The position numbers and the translations under genes were made by a program. A stretch of DNA of 51,786 bases from an uncultured Bacteroidales bacterium. GTDB lineage: Bacteria > Bacteroidota > Bacteroidia > Bacteroidales > CAZVTW01. Below, piece by piece: positions 1-9,683 of the stretch. Below the pieces are notes generated by a model. It did no database searches. It was given only the letters and a program-made list of their open reading frames with translations, and had not been told where the DNA came from. The stretch is taken from NCBI GenBank assembly GCA_964629805.1, contig CAZVTW010000001.1, positions 1 through 51,786 on the forward strand. The letters run 5' to 3'. Numbering within the stretch: position 1 is the first letter of the stretch; every line of letters starts with the position of its first letter.

Positions 1-64
1 AGCACATTTCAGTGTTTCGTTACGATTTCATTTTAGAAATTTAGGTATAATTTAACTATACATT

Positions 65-1507
65 TTATTCAGCAATTTGCCATGAAAACAAATCCGCTTT
101 TTCCTTATCATAATCGGGATTTATCAAGGGCATTTGCGCTGCAACTTTTTTCTTCCATGTTTCAAGGTCATTGATTAATGAATCCCTTATTTCTGTTTCG
201 GAATCCGCAAGGTTATTCAGTTCGCCAATGTCCTTTTTAAGATTATACAATTCATACACACTATCCTGTATATTGTGTATCAATCTCCAGTCTCCCTTCC
301 TAATGGCAGAATAAGGTACTGCTCCTTCAGTATGGTAATGAGGGTAGTGCCAAAAAATGGCACCACGACTAATTGTTCCTTCTGCTTTAAGCAGAGGAGC
401 AATGCTTACGCCATCAAATCCATTTTTTACCTGTTCGTCACATTCAATACCTGCAAGTTCCATAAGGGTTGGGAAATAGTCGGGTGAAATGATGGGTTCT
501 TGGCATTCTTGTCCGGGAGTGGCTATTCCCGGGGCAACAATAAATGCAGGAACACGTACCCCGCCCTCGTATATCGATCCCTTACCTGAGCGAAGTGGCA
601 AATTGCTTGTGACTTGATACTTAGGGTTGGCGCCAACCAAGCCCCCATTATCCGATGTAAAAACAATGGTGGTGTTTTCCATTAAGCCTTGTTTTTCAAG
701 CTCGGCAATTACCTTACCTACGGTATCGTCGGTATGCTCTACCATTGCTGCATAAGTGGGATTTCGTTGCATATAACTTGAATCAACCAATGATTTGTAT
801 TTTTCGATAGTCTCCGCTTTTGCCTGAAGAGGTGTATGCACATTAAAAAACCAAAGGTTCAGAAAAAAGGTTGTATCTTTGTTTTGATTGATAAACTCGC
901 AGGCTTCATTTGCCAACCGGTCGGTAAGATATTCACCGTCGGGTCCATCATCTAATCGCGGATTTTTATATGGAGAGAAATAGCTGTTCGGTTGTCCTTT
1001 TTTCCAACCTCCGATATTTATATCAAATCCTTGATTTTCGGGCCAGTATTTTTCTTCATCTCCACAATGAAATTTGCCTATATGTGCTTTTTTGTAGCCC
1101 GCATTTTTAAATGCTTCGGCCATGGTATATTCTGCTGTATCCAAATACATTGTCCAATCGGGTACTTTTAATTTGGCATACGGTTTTACATGGCCTGTAA
1201 TCCAATCGGTGCAATTGATGGTGGCCGGATACTTACCTGTGAGCACGCTTGCCCTTGTTGGTGAACTAACAGTGCAGGCAGAGTATGCATTTGTAAAGGC
1301 AACTCCCTCTTTTGCAAGGCTGTCAATGTGGGGTGTTTGATAGTATTTGCTCCCCGTATATCCTAAATCTGTCCATCCTAAGTCATCGACCAAAATGAAA
1401 ACCACGTTGGGCTTTTTCTTTTTCGATTTTATTTCGGTACAAGATGTAAGTGCATCAATAACAATAAATAAAAAGCATAGCTTTAAAAAAATATGTGTCT
1501 GTTTCAT
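65..1507 (-). CDS. Sulfatase (S1 family), Ser-type formylglycine motif, lipoprotein-like signal
   Basis: ORF track 65..1543. It has the VVFILVDDLGWTD N-terminal block, VSSPTRASVLTGKY (S-x-P-x-R signature with Ser at the FGly position), and GKFHCG and FTSDNGG blocks. The start is moved to the internal Met at 1507 (MKQTHIFLKLCFLFIVIDALTSC), which gives a signal peptide and removes the overlap with the GH3 stop. Confidence 0.85.
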   Translation of the reverse strand: MKQTHIFLKLCFLFIVIDALTSCTEIKSKKKKPNVVFILVDDLGWTDLGYTGSKYYQTPHIDSLAKEGVAFTNAYSACTVSSPTRASVLTGKYPATINCTDWITGHVKPYAKLKVPDWTMYLDTAEYTMAEAFKNAGYKKAHIGKFHCGDEEKYWPENQGFDINIGGWKKGQPNSYFSPYKNPRLDDGPDGEYLTDRLANEACEFINQNKDTTFFLNLWFFNVHTPLQAKAETIEKYKSLVDSSYMQRNPTYAAMVEHTDDTVGKVIAELEKQGLMENTTIVFTSDNGGLVGANPKYQVTSNLPLRSGKGSIYEGGVRVPAFIVAPGIATPGQECQEPIISPDYFPTLMELAGIECDEQVKNGFDGVSIAPLLKAEGTISRGAIFWHYPHYHTEGAVPYSAIRKGDWRLIHNIQDSVYELYNLKKDIGELNNLADSETEIRDSLINDLETWKKKVAAQMPLINPDYDKEKADLFSWQIAE

Positions 1508-1514
1508 ATAATTA

Positions 1515-3704
1515 TTATTTAAGTACAAATTTTGTTTCTGCAAGTGCTGGAGCTCCCAATTTTATGCTTTGGTTTAAAGGACTGCTACCTCCTATGTAAA
1601 CTTTAAACTCACCCTGCTCAATGAATACGTTTCCTTTGTCATCAAATATTTCCAGCATGGTTGGTTTTATGTTAAAGGTAATTGTTTTGCTTTCTCCCGG
1701 AGCCAATTTAATTCGTTGAAATCCTTTTAATGAATACAAAGGTACTCTAACGGATGCTTCAACATCTGACAGATACATTTGTACTACTTCTTCTGCTTTA
1801 TATTTCCCGGTATTTGTAACTTTTGCTGACACAGTCAGGGATTCTCCTTTTTTAATTTTTGATTTGCTCAGTGAAATATCATCGTATTCAAAAGTTGTAT
1901 AACTTAACCCAAACCCAAAAGGAAACATGGGTTCATCTCTCATAAACCGGTATGTACGTCCTTCCATTGAATAATCTGTAAATTCAGGTAGCTGATTTGT
2001 TGATTTTGGAAAAGTAACAGGTAATTTTCCTGAGGGTGATACATCTCCAAAAATAATATCAGCAACAGCTTGCCCGCCCATCTCACCAGGATACCAGGCA
2101 AATAAGATAGCGTCGGCATAATCATATATTTCATCAAGTAAAATAGGACTTCCTGCAGTTAGTATTAATATTACAGCTTTTCCGGCTTTTTCGCATTTTG
2201 TCTTTAGTGTTTTTAAATACTTTACTTGGTTTTGTGGTAAATTTAAATCAAGCCTGTCGCCATTTTTTGATGCAAAGGCCAATACCTCTTCGTTTTCATA
2301 CAAAGAATTATAGCCCAATGCAACAATTACTGCTTCGGTAGCTTTGGCCACATGCAAATTAACATTTTGGGAGTATTCATTTACAGGCTCGCTAAAGGGC
2401 ATGGTGCCAATAGCATATCGTAGCCTCGTGGTTTTATCAACTTTTGAAGTAATACCTTCAAGAATTGTATGGAATTCAGGGCTATAGCCGTGATAATTGC
2501 CCATTAACGCATGAATATCTGCAGCCATTGGACCTGTTACAAAGATTGATTTTATGTCTTTTTTTATAGGAAGGGTTTTATTATCATTTTTAAGCAAAAC
2601 AATTGATTTTTTGGCAGCTTCTTTGGCCACAGAGAGGTGAGCACTACACCTGACTGTATCAAGTAAATAATTTGAAAATGGGATAAGGCTGTCCGGATCA
2701 AACATACCCAGCTTAAATAGTGTCCTGTAATTATAGAACAAGGCCCTGTCAATTGTCTCTTCACTTATAAACCCTTTTTCATAAGCACTTTTTATGTGCA
2801 GAGAGGCATCGCCACTATTCAGAGTAAGACCGTTGTTAAAACCAAGACCAACTGATTCTTCAACCGATGTTGTTACTTTATGCCCCCCGTGCATATCCAT
2901 AAGTGCCCAGGAGTCTGACACGATATACCCGTTAAATCCCCATTCGTTTCTTAACTTTTCCTGCAATAAAAAATCGCTTCCACAACAAGGTATTCCGTTT
3001 AAACTGTTATAGGCACACATAAAACCTGCCACTCCGGCATTGGCCAATGCTTCAAAAGCAGGAAAATAACTTTCGTTAAGGTCTTTTGCACCAGCTATTA
3101 CATTTTGCGAATGCCGATCGAGTTCAGGCCCCGAATGAGCTGCAAAGTGTTTTGCCGCAGCAGCAGCTTTCAGGTATTTCGGGTGATTTCCCTGAATACC
3201 ATTTACAAAATTCACCCCCATTTTTGAGGTTAAAAAAGGGTCTTCACCATAGGTCTCCTGTCCCCTCCCCCAACGTGGATCACGAAACAAGTTGACATTT
3301 GGCGACCAATAGGTTAAACCGGTATTAAAATCAATGATCCCTTTTTTTAAGGCAGCATGATGTTTTGCCCTCCCTTCTGTTGAGATAACATCTCCAACCT
3401 GCAACATAAGATCGGCATCAAAAGTAGCCGCCATGCCAATTGCCTGGGGAAATACGGTTGCCTCACCAAACCTTGCCAGGCCATGCAGAGCCTCACCAGA
3501 CCAAACGTACGGAGGAATTCCTAAACGGGGCACCCCCGGATTTTTATGCCGTAATAATTTAAATTTTTCCTCCAGTGTAAGGTGCGAAATCAAATCTTTT
3601 GCACGTTCGTCAAATGACAGGTCGGTATTTTGCCATTTTTGATTTTGGGATATTGCCGAAATCCCTATAAATAGAAAAGTGTAAAAAAGTAGTAAGTGTT
3701 TCAT
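1515..3704 (-). CDS. Glycoside hydrolase family 3 (beta-glucosidase/beta-xylosidase type)
   Basis: 729-aa ORF with signal peptide MKHLLLFYTFLFIGISAISQ. GH3 blocks are present: RDPRWGRGQETYGEDP, KHFAAHSGPE, and GFNGYIVSDSWA (nucleophile Asp context). The C-terminal part is Fn3-like. Confidence 0.9.
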   Translation of the reverse strand: MKHLLLFYTFLFIGISAISQNQKWQNTDLSFDERAKDLISHLTLEEKFKLLRHKNPGVPRLGIPPYVWSGEALHGLARFGEATVFPQAIGMAATFDADLMLQVGDVISTEGRAKHHAALKKGIIDFNTGLTYWSPNVNLFRDPRWGRGQETYGEDPFLTSKMGVNFVNGIQGNHPKYLKAAAAAKHFAAHSGPELDRHSQNVIAGAKDLNESYFPAFEALANAGVAGFMCAYNSLNGIPCCGSDFLLQEKLRNEWGFNGYIVSDSWALMDMHGGHKVTTSVEESVGLGFNNGLTLNSGDASLHIKSAYEKGFISEETIDRALFYNYRTLFKLGMFDPDSLIPFSNYLLDTVRCSAHLSVAKEAAKKSIVLLKNDNKTLPIKKDIKSIFVTGPMAADIHALMGNYHGYSPEFHTILEGITSKVDKTTRLRYAIGTMPFSEPVNEYSQNVNLHVAKATEAVIVALGYNSLYENEEVLAFASKNGDRLDLNLPQNQVKYLKTLKTKCEKAGKAVILILTAGSPILLDEIYDYADAILFAWYPGEMGGQAVADIIFGDVSPSGKLPVTFPKSTNQLPEFTDYSMEGRTYRFMRDEPMFPFGFGLSYTTFEYDDISLSKSKIKKGESLTVSAKVTNTGKYKAEEVVQMYLSDVEASVRVPLYSLKGFQRIKLAPGESKTITFNIKPTMLEIFDDKGNVFIEQGEFKVYIGGSSPLNQSIKLGAPALAETKFVLK

Positions 3705-3786
3705 AATAAATTAATAATATTATTCAGGTTACAAATAAAAGTAAAAATGAATAGCTAAACAAATTCGGTTACGTTAATCAAATAAG

Positions 3787-5937
3787 CTATTCTACTCCAA
3801 ACAATACAATTACTGCATTATTCTTTTTCAATATACAATTAATTTTGCACAAACCATTTTCGTCATAATTGATTTCTATATCTTGTGATGCCCAATATCT
3901 GTTGCTACATGGTAAATTGGTGCAATAAGAATACTCTGCATCTTCGTTACTGAAAATTACAACTACTCCATTGCCGGTTAAGGGATTTATTTTTTCATAT
4001 ACTTCAATTGCATCACCAGGTTCTCCGGTTATTTTGATAGTAGCCAGTGTAATATCTTCTTTTACCTGTTTATATTTCGAAAGGATTTTGTTGAATTGTT
4101 GTATATTTTCATTAGGGATATTTAATATGTCGCCCCAAATTCCATTTTGACCTAAAATTAATGAGCCAATATTAATATTTACCGATTTTTCATCGCCATC
4201 GGGCTGGTAATGGGTAAGGAACAAAGTAGACGGAATCCATTGGTCGTAATCCAGCACAGTACGTGCAATCCATCCGCGTGCAGGCCCCGGATTGACAAAA
4301 ATATTGCTACAACCATTGGTTAAAGGGGTCTGATACTTTTCGGCCAAATCGTAGTTATGAAAATACGGGCCATTGTTCATGGCAAAATATTTGCCGACAG
4401 ACAAGAAGCTTAATCCTAAGGCACGAGTAGCTTCTGTAACATCAAAATCGAAAATGGCATCGGGTATTTCTTCCTGTATGCGTTGGGCAATCTTTGTCAT
4501 GTAAATTGGCATCAAAAAGCCATAACTTTCTTCGCGTTCTTTTGGGGTGTTGTTTTCGTTTCCATGATGATGATTTGGATCGTTGCAAATATCAAAATCC
4601 AGCCCGTCCCATTTAAAGTATTTGCTTCCGGTTAACTTTGAGAGCGCTATCATCTGGTCGGCATGATATTTCCAATAGTCGCTCACCATACACACATTTA
4701 TACTTTTCTCGGTTTCCCACACTCCAAAAGGGCCACGTATGTTCCCGTCTTTTCGTACCAACCAGTCTTCGTGCTCCTGTGCAATTTTGCTTGTCACTGC
4801 TGTTATTGACGGGTTATACCATAACCCTAACTTCATGCCTTTGCTTTCAAGCAATTGATTAATTTGCTTTAGCGTGTCAGGAAACGAAGTGGTGTTGACC
4901 TTCCAGTCGCCGGCTTTATTGAACCAGCCAACATCAATCACAAAAACATCTACACCCATTTGGTGTGCTATTTCTATTTCTTTTTCAATCACAGGTTTGG
5001 TTATTGAACCCTGATACGATTCACCTCTCCATTTCTCACGTTCCTGCCTTCCCCAGGTGTTGTAATAAATGTATGGCTTACGCGATTCGGTATTGGGCGA
5101 TTGGTAGTTTAAAATAAATGAACGATATTCCTTCGCCAATTCTCTTTGTTTCCCAGCTACCGAACCAATCTGAAACCAAATACTCTCAAAAGGTTTGTTT
5201 TTAGTTATGGCCTGGTTATTAAGATAGTTGCCTTTTTTTGCTTTTAGGGTTACCTTTTTGTCGGCATCCAGCTCATAATTCAGGAAAGCATTGGGATACT
5301 GCGATCCGTGTTCATAGGCTATTAAAAAACTTTGAGCGGGTTTCTCCCCGATAAATACCGGTCCCATTACTGCATCGTTGTTGCTAAACTGGCTCTCTTT
5401 TAATTCCAGTAAACGGGGCACATAACAATGGTTCTTATGGCTGTAATCGGATAACCGTAGCTCGTTTGCTTTTGCAAAGTCTGATGCAGAAAACGACAGG
5501 TACGTTATATCATCTTTCCCATCCTTTTTGGTCAGCTTATGACCGGCATCGGAATACAGTTCATACTTAAACCGCACAAAAGGCGTATTTTCAGTACTAT
5601 GAAAGATAATTTTCAGATGAAGGGCCGTGTCTGCCTTTAACTTGCCCTGCACGGTAAATTCGGTTAAATTTCGGGCATCATTTATTTTTGTGCTGTCGGT
5701 TTCAATGTTTTGAAGAACAGCTTTCACTATTTGCCCGTTTACTTCAAACTCTGGCGGGGTAATGGCAATTTCTTTAGCGCTTTGGTTTGCTTTGTACTTC
5801 CAGAGGCATTCATCCGTGTTTGTGATCCGGATCTGCCTGAATGAAAGTTTTGATTCAGTGCTTTTTGTAGGGTGTGTTGAGCATCCAAAACATAATGCTA
5901 TTACACCAATTACTGATAGATAAATTCCTTTTTTCAT
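3787..5937 (-). CDS. GH36-like (clan GH-D, alpha-galactosidase-type) glycoside hydrolase, lipoprotein
   Basis: 716-aa ORF with lipobox LCFGCS. GVDVFVIDVGWF, GMKLGLWYNPS and YFKWDGLDF resemble the G-x-E-x-F-x-x-DDGWF, FGLW and KWD blocks of GH36/GH27. This is a distant match judged by eye only. Confidence 0.55.
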   Translation of the reverse strand: MKKGIYLSVIGVIALCFGCSTHPTKSTESKLSFRQIRITNTDECLWKYKANQSAKEIAITPPEFEVNGQIVKAVLQNIETDSTKINDARNLTEFTVQGKLKADTALHLKIIFHSTENTPFVRFKYELYSDAGHKLTKKDGKDDITYLSFSASDFAKANELRLSDYSHKNHCYVPRLLELKESQFSNNDAVMGPVFIGEKPAQSFLIAYEHGSQYPNAFLNYELDADKKVTLKAKKGNYLNNQAITKNKPFESIWFQIGSVAGKQRELAKEYRSFILNYQSPNTESRKPYIYYNTWGRQEREKWRGESYQGSITKPVIEKEIEIAHQMGVDVFVIDVGWFNKAGDWKVNTTSFPDTLKQINQLLESKGMKLGLWYNPSITAVTSKIAQEHEDWLVRKDGNIRGPFGVWETEKSINVCMVSDYWKYHADQMIALSKLTGSKYFKWDGLDFDICNDPNHHHGNENNTPKEREESYGFLMPIYMTKIAQRIQEEIPDAIFDFDVTEATRALGLSFLSVGKYFAMNNGPYFHNYDLAEKYQTPLTNGCSNIFVNPGPARGWIARTVLDYDQWIPSTLFLTHYQPDGDEKSVNINIGSLILGQNGIWGDILNIPNENIQQFNKILSKYKQVKEDITLATIKITGEPGDAIEVYEKINPLTGNGVVVIFSNEDAEYSYCTNLPCSNRYWASQDIEINYDENGLCKINCILKKNNAVIVLFGVE

Positions 5938-5968
5938 GTTTTAATATGTATTTGTTAAGTATTATTCA

Positions 5969-8010
5969 TTATTCATTATTCATTTTCCACATACGTATTA
6001 CAAATCCACCATTCGCCGGGAGGTTCATTACCAAAGAACTGTCACGCGCTATTTTTACTTCCTCTATTTCCACTCCGTCATGGTTATCATCTTTATAAAT
6101 ATCTCCCTTAAAATTTCCTTTACCAATAAAATCAAAATCAATGCTTACAGACCTATCGCCTGAAGCATTTATGGCAGCAACATACCAATCGTTACCTTTT
6201 CTGCGTGCCAAACAGCAAAATTTACCCGGGTATCCATCTATAAATTGAATCTCGTCCCAGGCAGCAGGGAGGTTTTTGAAAAATTCCTTTGCCGGGGATT
6301 TGCGGAATTCTTCAGGTTTGTCGGCCATACATACCCAGCCCGATTCGTATACAAAGGGCAGGGCCATTTCGTGGACATACGTCGTTTTCCGGTCTTTTGC
6401 CGAAAAACTTACCGGGGTATAATCCATTGGACCGCTAATATTTCTTGTAAAAGGAAGGGTTACATTGTGAACCGGTGTGGGCATATTGGGTTTGTAACCA
6501 AATTTGTAATATTCAGCACCGCGCACCCCCTCGTAGGTCATAATATTAGGAAAAGTGCGTTGCAAGCCTCTTGGGGTTATTGAACCGTGAAAACTGACCA
6601 TGAGACTGTATTTCGCTGCATGTGCCGTAACCTCTTCGTACCATTTCATGGCTGGTTGTTTGTCGCTGTTCACAAAATCGAGTTTTATGCCCGAAACACC
6701 CCATTTTTGGTAAATGGAAAATATATTATCTCTTTTTTCAGGTGTATCCAGGTTTCTTCGTTCGTCCCAACCAATTACTTTTATTCCTTTAGATAAAGCA
6801 TAATTTATTACTTCGGGGATATAGTCTATATCGCGCCAAAAATCAGCAGCAAGGCCACCATTGTTGCCAATTAGTCCAATGTCAAATTCCACGTAATCCC
6901 AATTCATTTCGGCAGCAAAATCAATGTACTCTTTCATCACTTTCGGGTCGTCATTGGCCAGGCTGTTTCCCCACCAGGGGAATGTGGCTATACTTCAATT
7001 GGTTAATTATTTAATTTGAAAATTTGAAAATAAATTGACAATCAGCAATTAAGGAACGATTAAAGTTAAGATTTAAACCGTTTAAAGTATATACCAGGTG
7101 CTATCCAGTCTGTGTTTTGTATTTTTGAAGGTTTGTTAAGCGAGGTGATGAAGTCAGATTCCACAATATCTGCAAGTTTATTGCCAATAATCATGCATCG
7201 CCATGGTGTTTGCATGTTTGGGTATGCAGTGATTTCCACAGACTCTTTACTCACATATACTTCCCATTCTCCTTTTGTCGGGTTTTCAATGGTTTGGTCA
7301 GGCAAATGAATGCCAAGTTTTCCGTCTCCGTTATGTATGAGTTGTGCTGCCACGTATTGGCTGTCAATGTCGGCATCGCTTATGAAAAGCCAGTTGTTGC
7401 CGGGAGTTTGTACAAGGGCAGGTATATAATAAGCCGGTTTGCTCATGGTATCGACCAACCGTTCCACATAAAAATTTTCATAATCGTTGGAGTAATTGTT
7501 AAATTCCTGTATCCAGGCAACAGAACCTTTTGGGAGGTTGAATGCACTGATTTCTCTGTTAACCTGACTTTTATCGGGGTTGTAAAGTTTATATCTAAAA
7601 GCTACTACGTTATTACTTACCTGAAAAATCAAAGCCATTTTGTTTCCCCGTGAATTCTTCAAATAAAAGGTTTTTTGATTGGCATGGTATATATGTTTCA
7701 ATCTTTTTCCGGTGGTTGTTGTAAAACTATCACGAACCACAGCTTGCGAAATAGAAATAATTTTAAGGCCTGAACTAAAATGAAAAGCTGAGTCAATTAA
7801 TTGAATACCTAATTGAGAAAAGCCCAAAACTTCTTTATTCTTTAGGTATACCTTATAAAAAGGCGTTCCGGAACTGTCAATTTTAATCCTTGCACATATT
7901 GATGAATCAGGGGAAAACATATCTGTTTTGTTAAGCACATTATTTTGTGAGCAGGAAAGCGTTGCAAAAACAGATAACAATAGAGTAACTAATTTTATCA
8001 ATTTATTCAT
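5969..8010 (-). pseudogene. GH97 glycoside hydrolase gene split into two out-of-frame ORFs by a 96-nt insertion
   Basis: ORF 7066..8010 is a lipoprotein signal (LSVFATLSC) plus a GH97 N-terminal-type domain, ending ...NTDWIAPGIY followed by 6 unrelated codons and a stop. ORF 5969..6940 is the catalytic part (YIDFAAEMNW, GIKLDFVNSDKQ, VSFHG, YEGVRGAEY). Its frame is open upstream as far as TGA at 6995..6997. Confidence 0.8.
6989..7094 (-). mobile_element. 96-nt AT-rich insertion (6994..7089) bounded by 5-bp direct repeats TATAC (6989..6993 and 7090..7094)
   Basis: Removing 6989..7089 (101 nt) joins the two GH97 ORFs in frame, giving ...DWIAPGI-ATFPWWGNS.... The insert contains the palindrome TTTAAAC-G-GTTTAAA (minus strand) and a tandem AATTTGAA. 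No terminal inverted repeats were seen. Confidence 0.6.
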
Positions 8011-9671
8011 TTTATTTCATTATTATTTAATCTTTCGTGCCATGTCATTCCATTGAGCGGGAAAACATGGTTATTTTTCGCCCATTTATTCCAATACTGC
8101 TTTAATTCTTCCGCTTTTTCCGGATATTTTTTTACAAGGTTGTTTATTTCTGTGGGGTCTTCAGCCAAATTATACAATTCCCATTCTCCCTCATAATCAG
8201 GTGCTTCTCCGGCAAGTGCAACCAGTTTCCAGTCGCCTATGCGAACTGCCCTGCATGCTTCATGTTCCCAATACAAAGGCTCACGTTCAAAGATTTCTCC
8301 TTCAATGGCAGGTAGTAAGCTTTTTCCTTTTATTGGATATATCGGGTTGCCGTTAAAAGTTTGGGGATATTCTAATTCGGCTAATTCAAAAAACGTAGGC
8401 ATAAAGTCATTTATGTGTCCAACCTGATGAATAATATCCGGTTTTTCTATTTTATCTGGCCATGAGATGATAAGCGGTGTTCTAATTCCCCCTTCATATT
8501 CGGTTTTTTTGTAAAACCGAAATGGTGTATTACTAAAATGAGCCCATGGTTTACGGTAGGTCTCAAAAGATTTTTGAGTTCCCATGTCTTCCCATTCTTT
8601 TGATTTCGCAAGGTCAGGAACTGCCTCATCACAAGCGCCGTTATCTGATAGGAAAACGATAAGGGTATTTTCAAACTGGCCGGTATTTTTAAGCGTTTCA
8701 ATAATCCGCCCTATTCCCTGGTCCATGCAATCAATTTGCGCTGCATATATAGCCATTCTCATGTCCCACCATTTTTTATCTTCATCGGAATACGAATCCC
8801 AGGACTGAACGGCAGGGTCTCTTTGGGGTAGTACTGTAGTGGAATCAAGAATACCCTGTTTTATCATATTTTTGAACCTTTTTTCCCTCAGCTTGTCCCA
8901 GCCTTCCATATAAGTACCCTGATATTTTTTTATGTCTTCCGGTTTGGCATGCAATGGCCAGTGAGGAGCTGTGTAGGCTACATACATAAAAAAGGGTAAG
9001 ACAGGATTTTCAGTTTTATGCTTTTTAATGTATTGCACTGTTGTATCGCTGACAGCATCTGTGTAATAAAAATTTTCAGGGGATTCAATATGCTGGTTAT
9101 CAATAGTTAGAGAGGGAGGATCAAAGTAATCGCCCCCGCCTTTTAATGTGCCAAAAAATTTATCAAATCCTCGTTGTATTGGCCAGTTGTGTTTTGGTCC
9201 GTCTTCACCTGTATACTTTTCGTAGGTTACATGCCATTTACCCGCCATGTAGTTTTGATAACCGGCTTTTTTTAGCAGTTGAGGTATGGTTACACACCGG
9301 TTGTTTATGCCGCCGGTATATCCTTCCTCTCCAAGATCGGCAGCGGTCATCCAACCCATTCCGGTATTATGCGAATATAATCCTGTCAACAGAGAAGCCC
9401 TTGACGGACAGCATCTTGAAGAGTTGTAAAATTGTGTGAACCGTATCCCGTTTTCTGCCAGTTGGTCAATATGAGGAGTATTAATTTCGCTGCCATAACA
9501 CCTCAAATCCGAAAAGCCCATATCATCGGCCAGGATTACCAAAATATTTGTTTTATCATTTTTATTGTTTTTTATTAGAACCTCCGAACTTTTTTCTGAA
9601 GTTTCTGTAAAACAGCCATTAATTGCCATTGGCAATATTCCTAGTGCTAATATTTTATTTATCTGTTTCAT
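8007..9671 (-). CDS. Sulfatase (S1 family), Cys-type, lipoprotein
   Basis: 554-aa ORF with lipobox AINGC. It has ILVILADDMGFSD, SSRCCPSRASLLTGLY (C-x-P-x-R), AGKWHV and FLSDNGA. Its stop overlaps the GH97 start (ATGA), which suggests an operon. Confidence 0.9.
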   Translation of the reverse strand: MKQINKILALGILPMAINGCFTETSEKSSEVLIKNNKNDKTNILVILADDMGFSDLRCYGSEINTPHIDQLAENGIRFTQFYNSSRCCPSRASLLTGLYSHNTGMGWMTAADLGEEGYTGGINNRCVTIPQLLKKAGYQNYMAGKWHVTYEKYTGEDGPKHNWPIQRGFDKFFGTLKGGGDYFDPPSLTIDNQHIESPENFYYTDAVSDTTVQYIKKHKTENPVLPFFMYVAYTAPHWPLHAKPEDIKKYQGTYMEGWDKLREKRFKNMIKQGILDSTTVLPQRDPAVQSWDSYSDEDKKWWDMRMAIYAAQIDCMDQGIGRIIETLKNTGQFENTLIVFLSDNGACDEAVPDLAKSKEWEDMGTQKSFETYRKPWAHFSNTPFRFYKKTEYEGGIRTPLIISWPDKIEKPDIIHQVGHINDFMPTFFELAELEYPQTFNGNPIYPIKGKSLLPAIEGEIFEREPLYWEHEACRAVRIGDWKLVALAGEAPDYEGEWELYNLAEDPTEINNLVKKYPEKAEELKQYWNKWAKNNHVFPLNGMTWHERLNNNEIK

Positions 9672-9683
9672 AATTTATTATTC

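Noticed and set aside
6245-7653. Plus-strand ORFs 6245..6583, 6587..6796, 7112..7309 and 7210..7653, antisense to GH97
   Set aside because: They are embedded opposite sequence with clear GH97 motifs. Their composition is Cys/Phe/Arg-rich with low complexity, which is typical of antisense artefacts.
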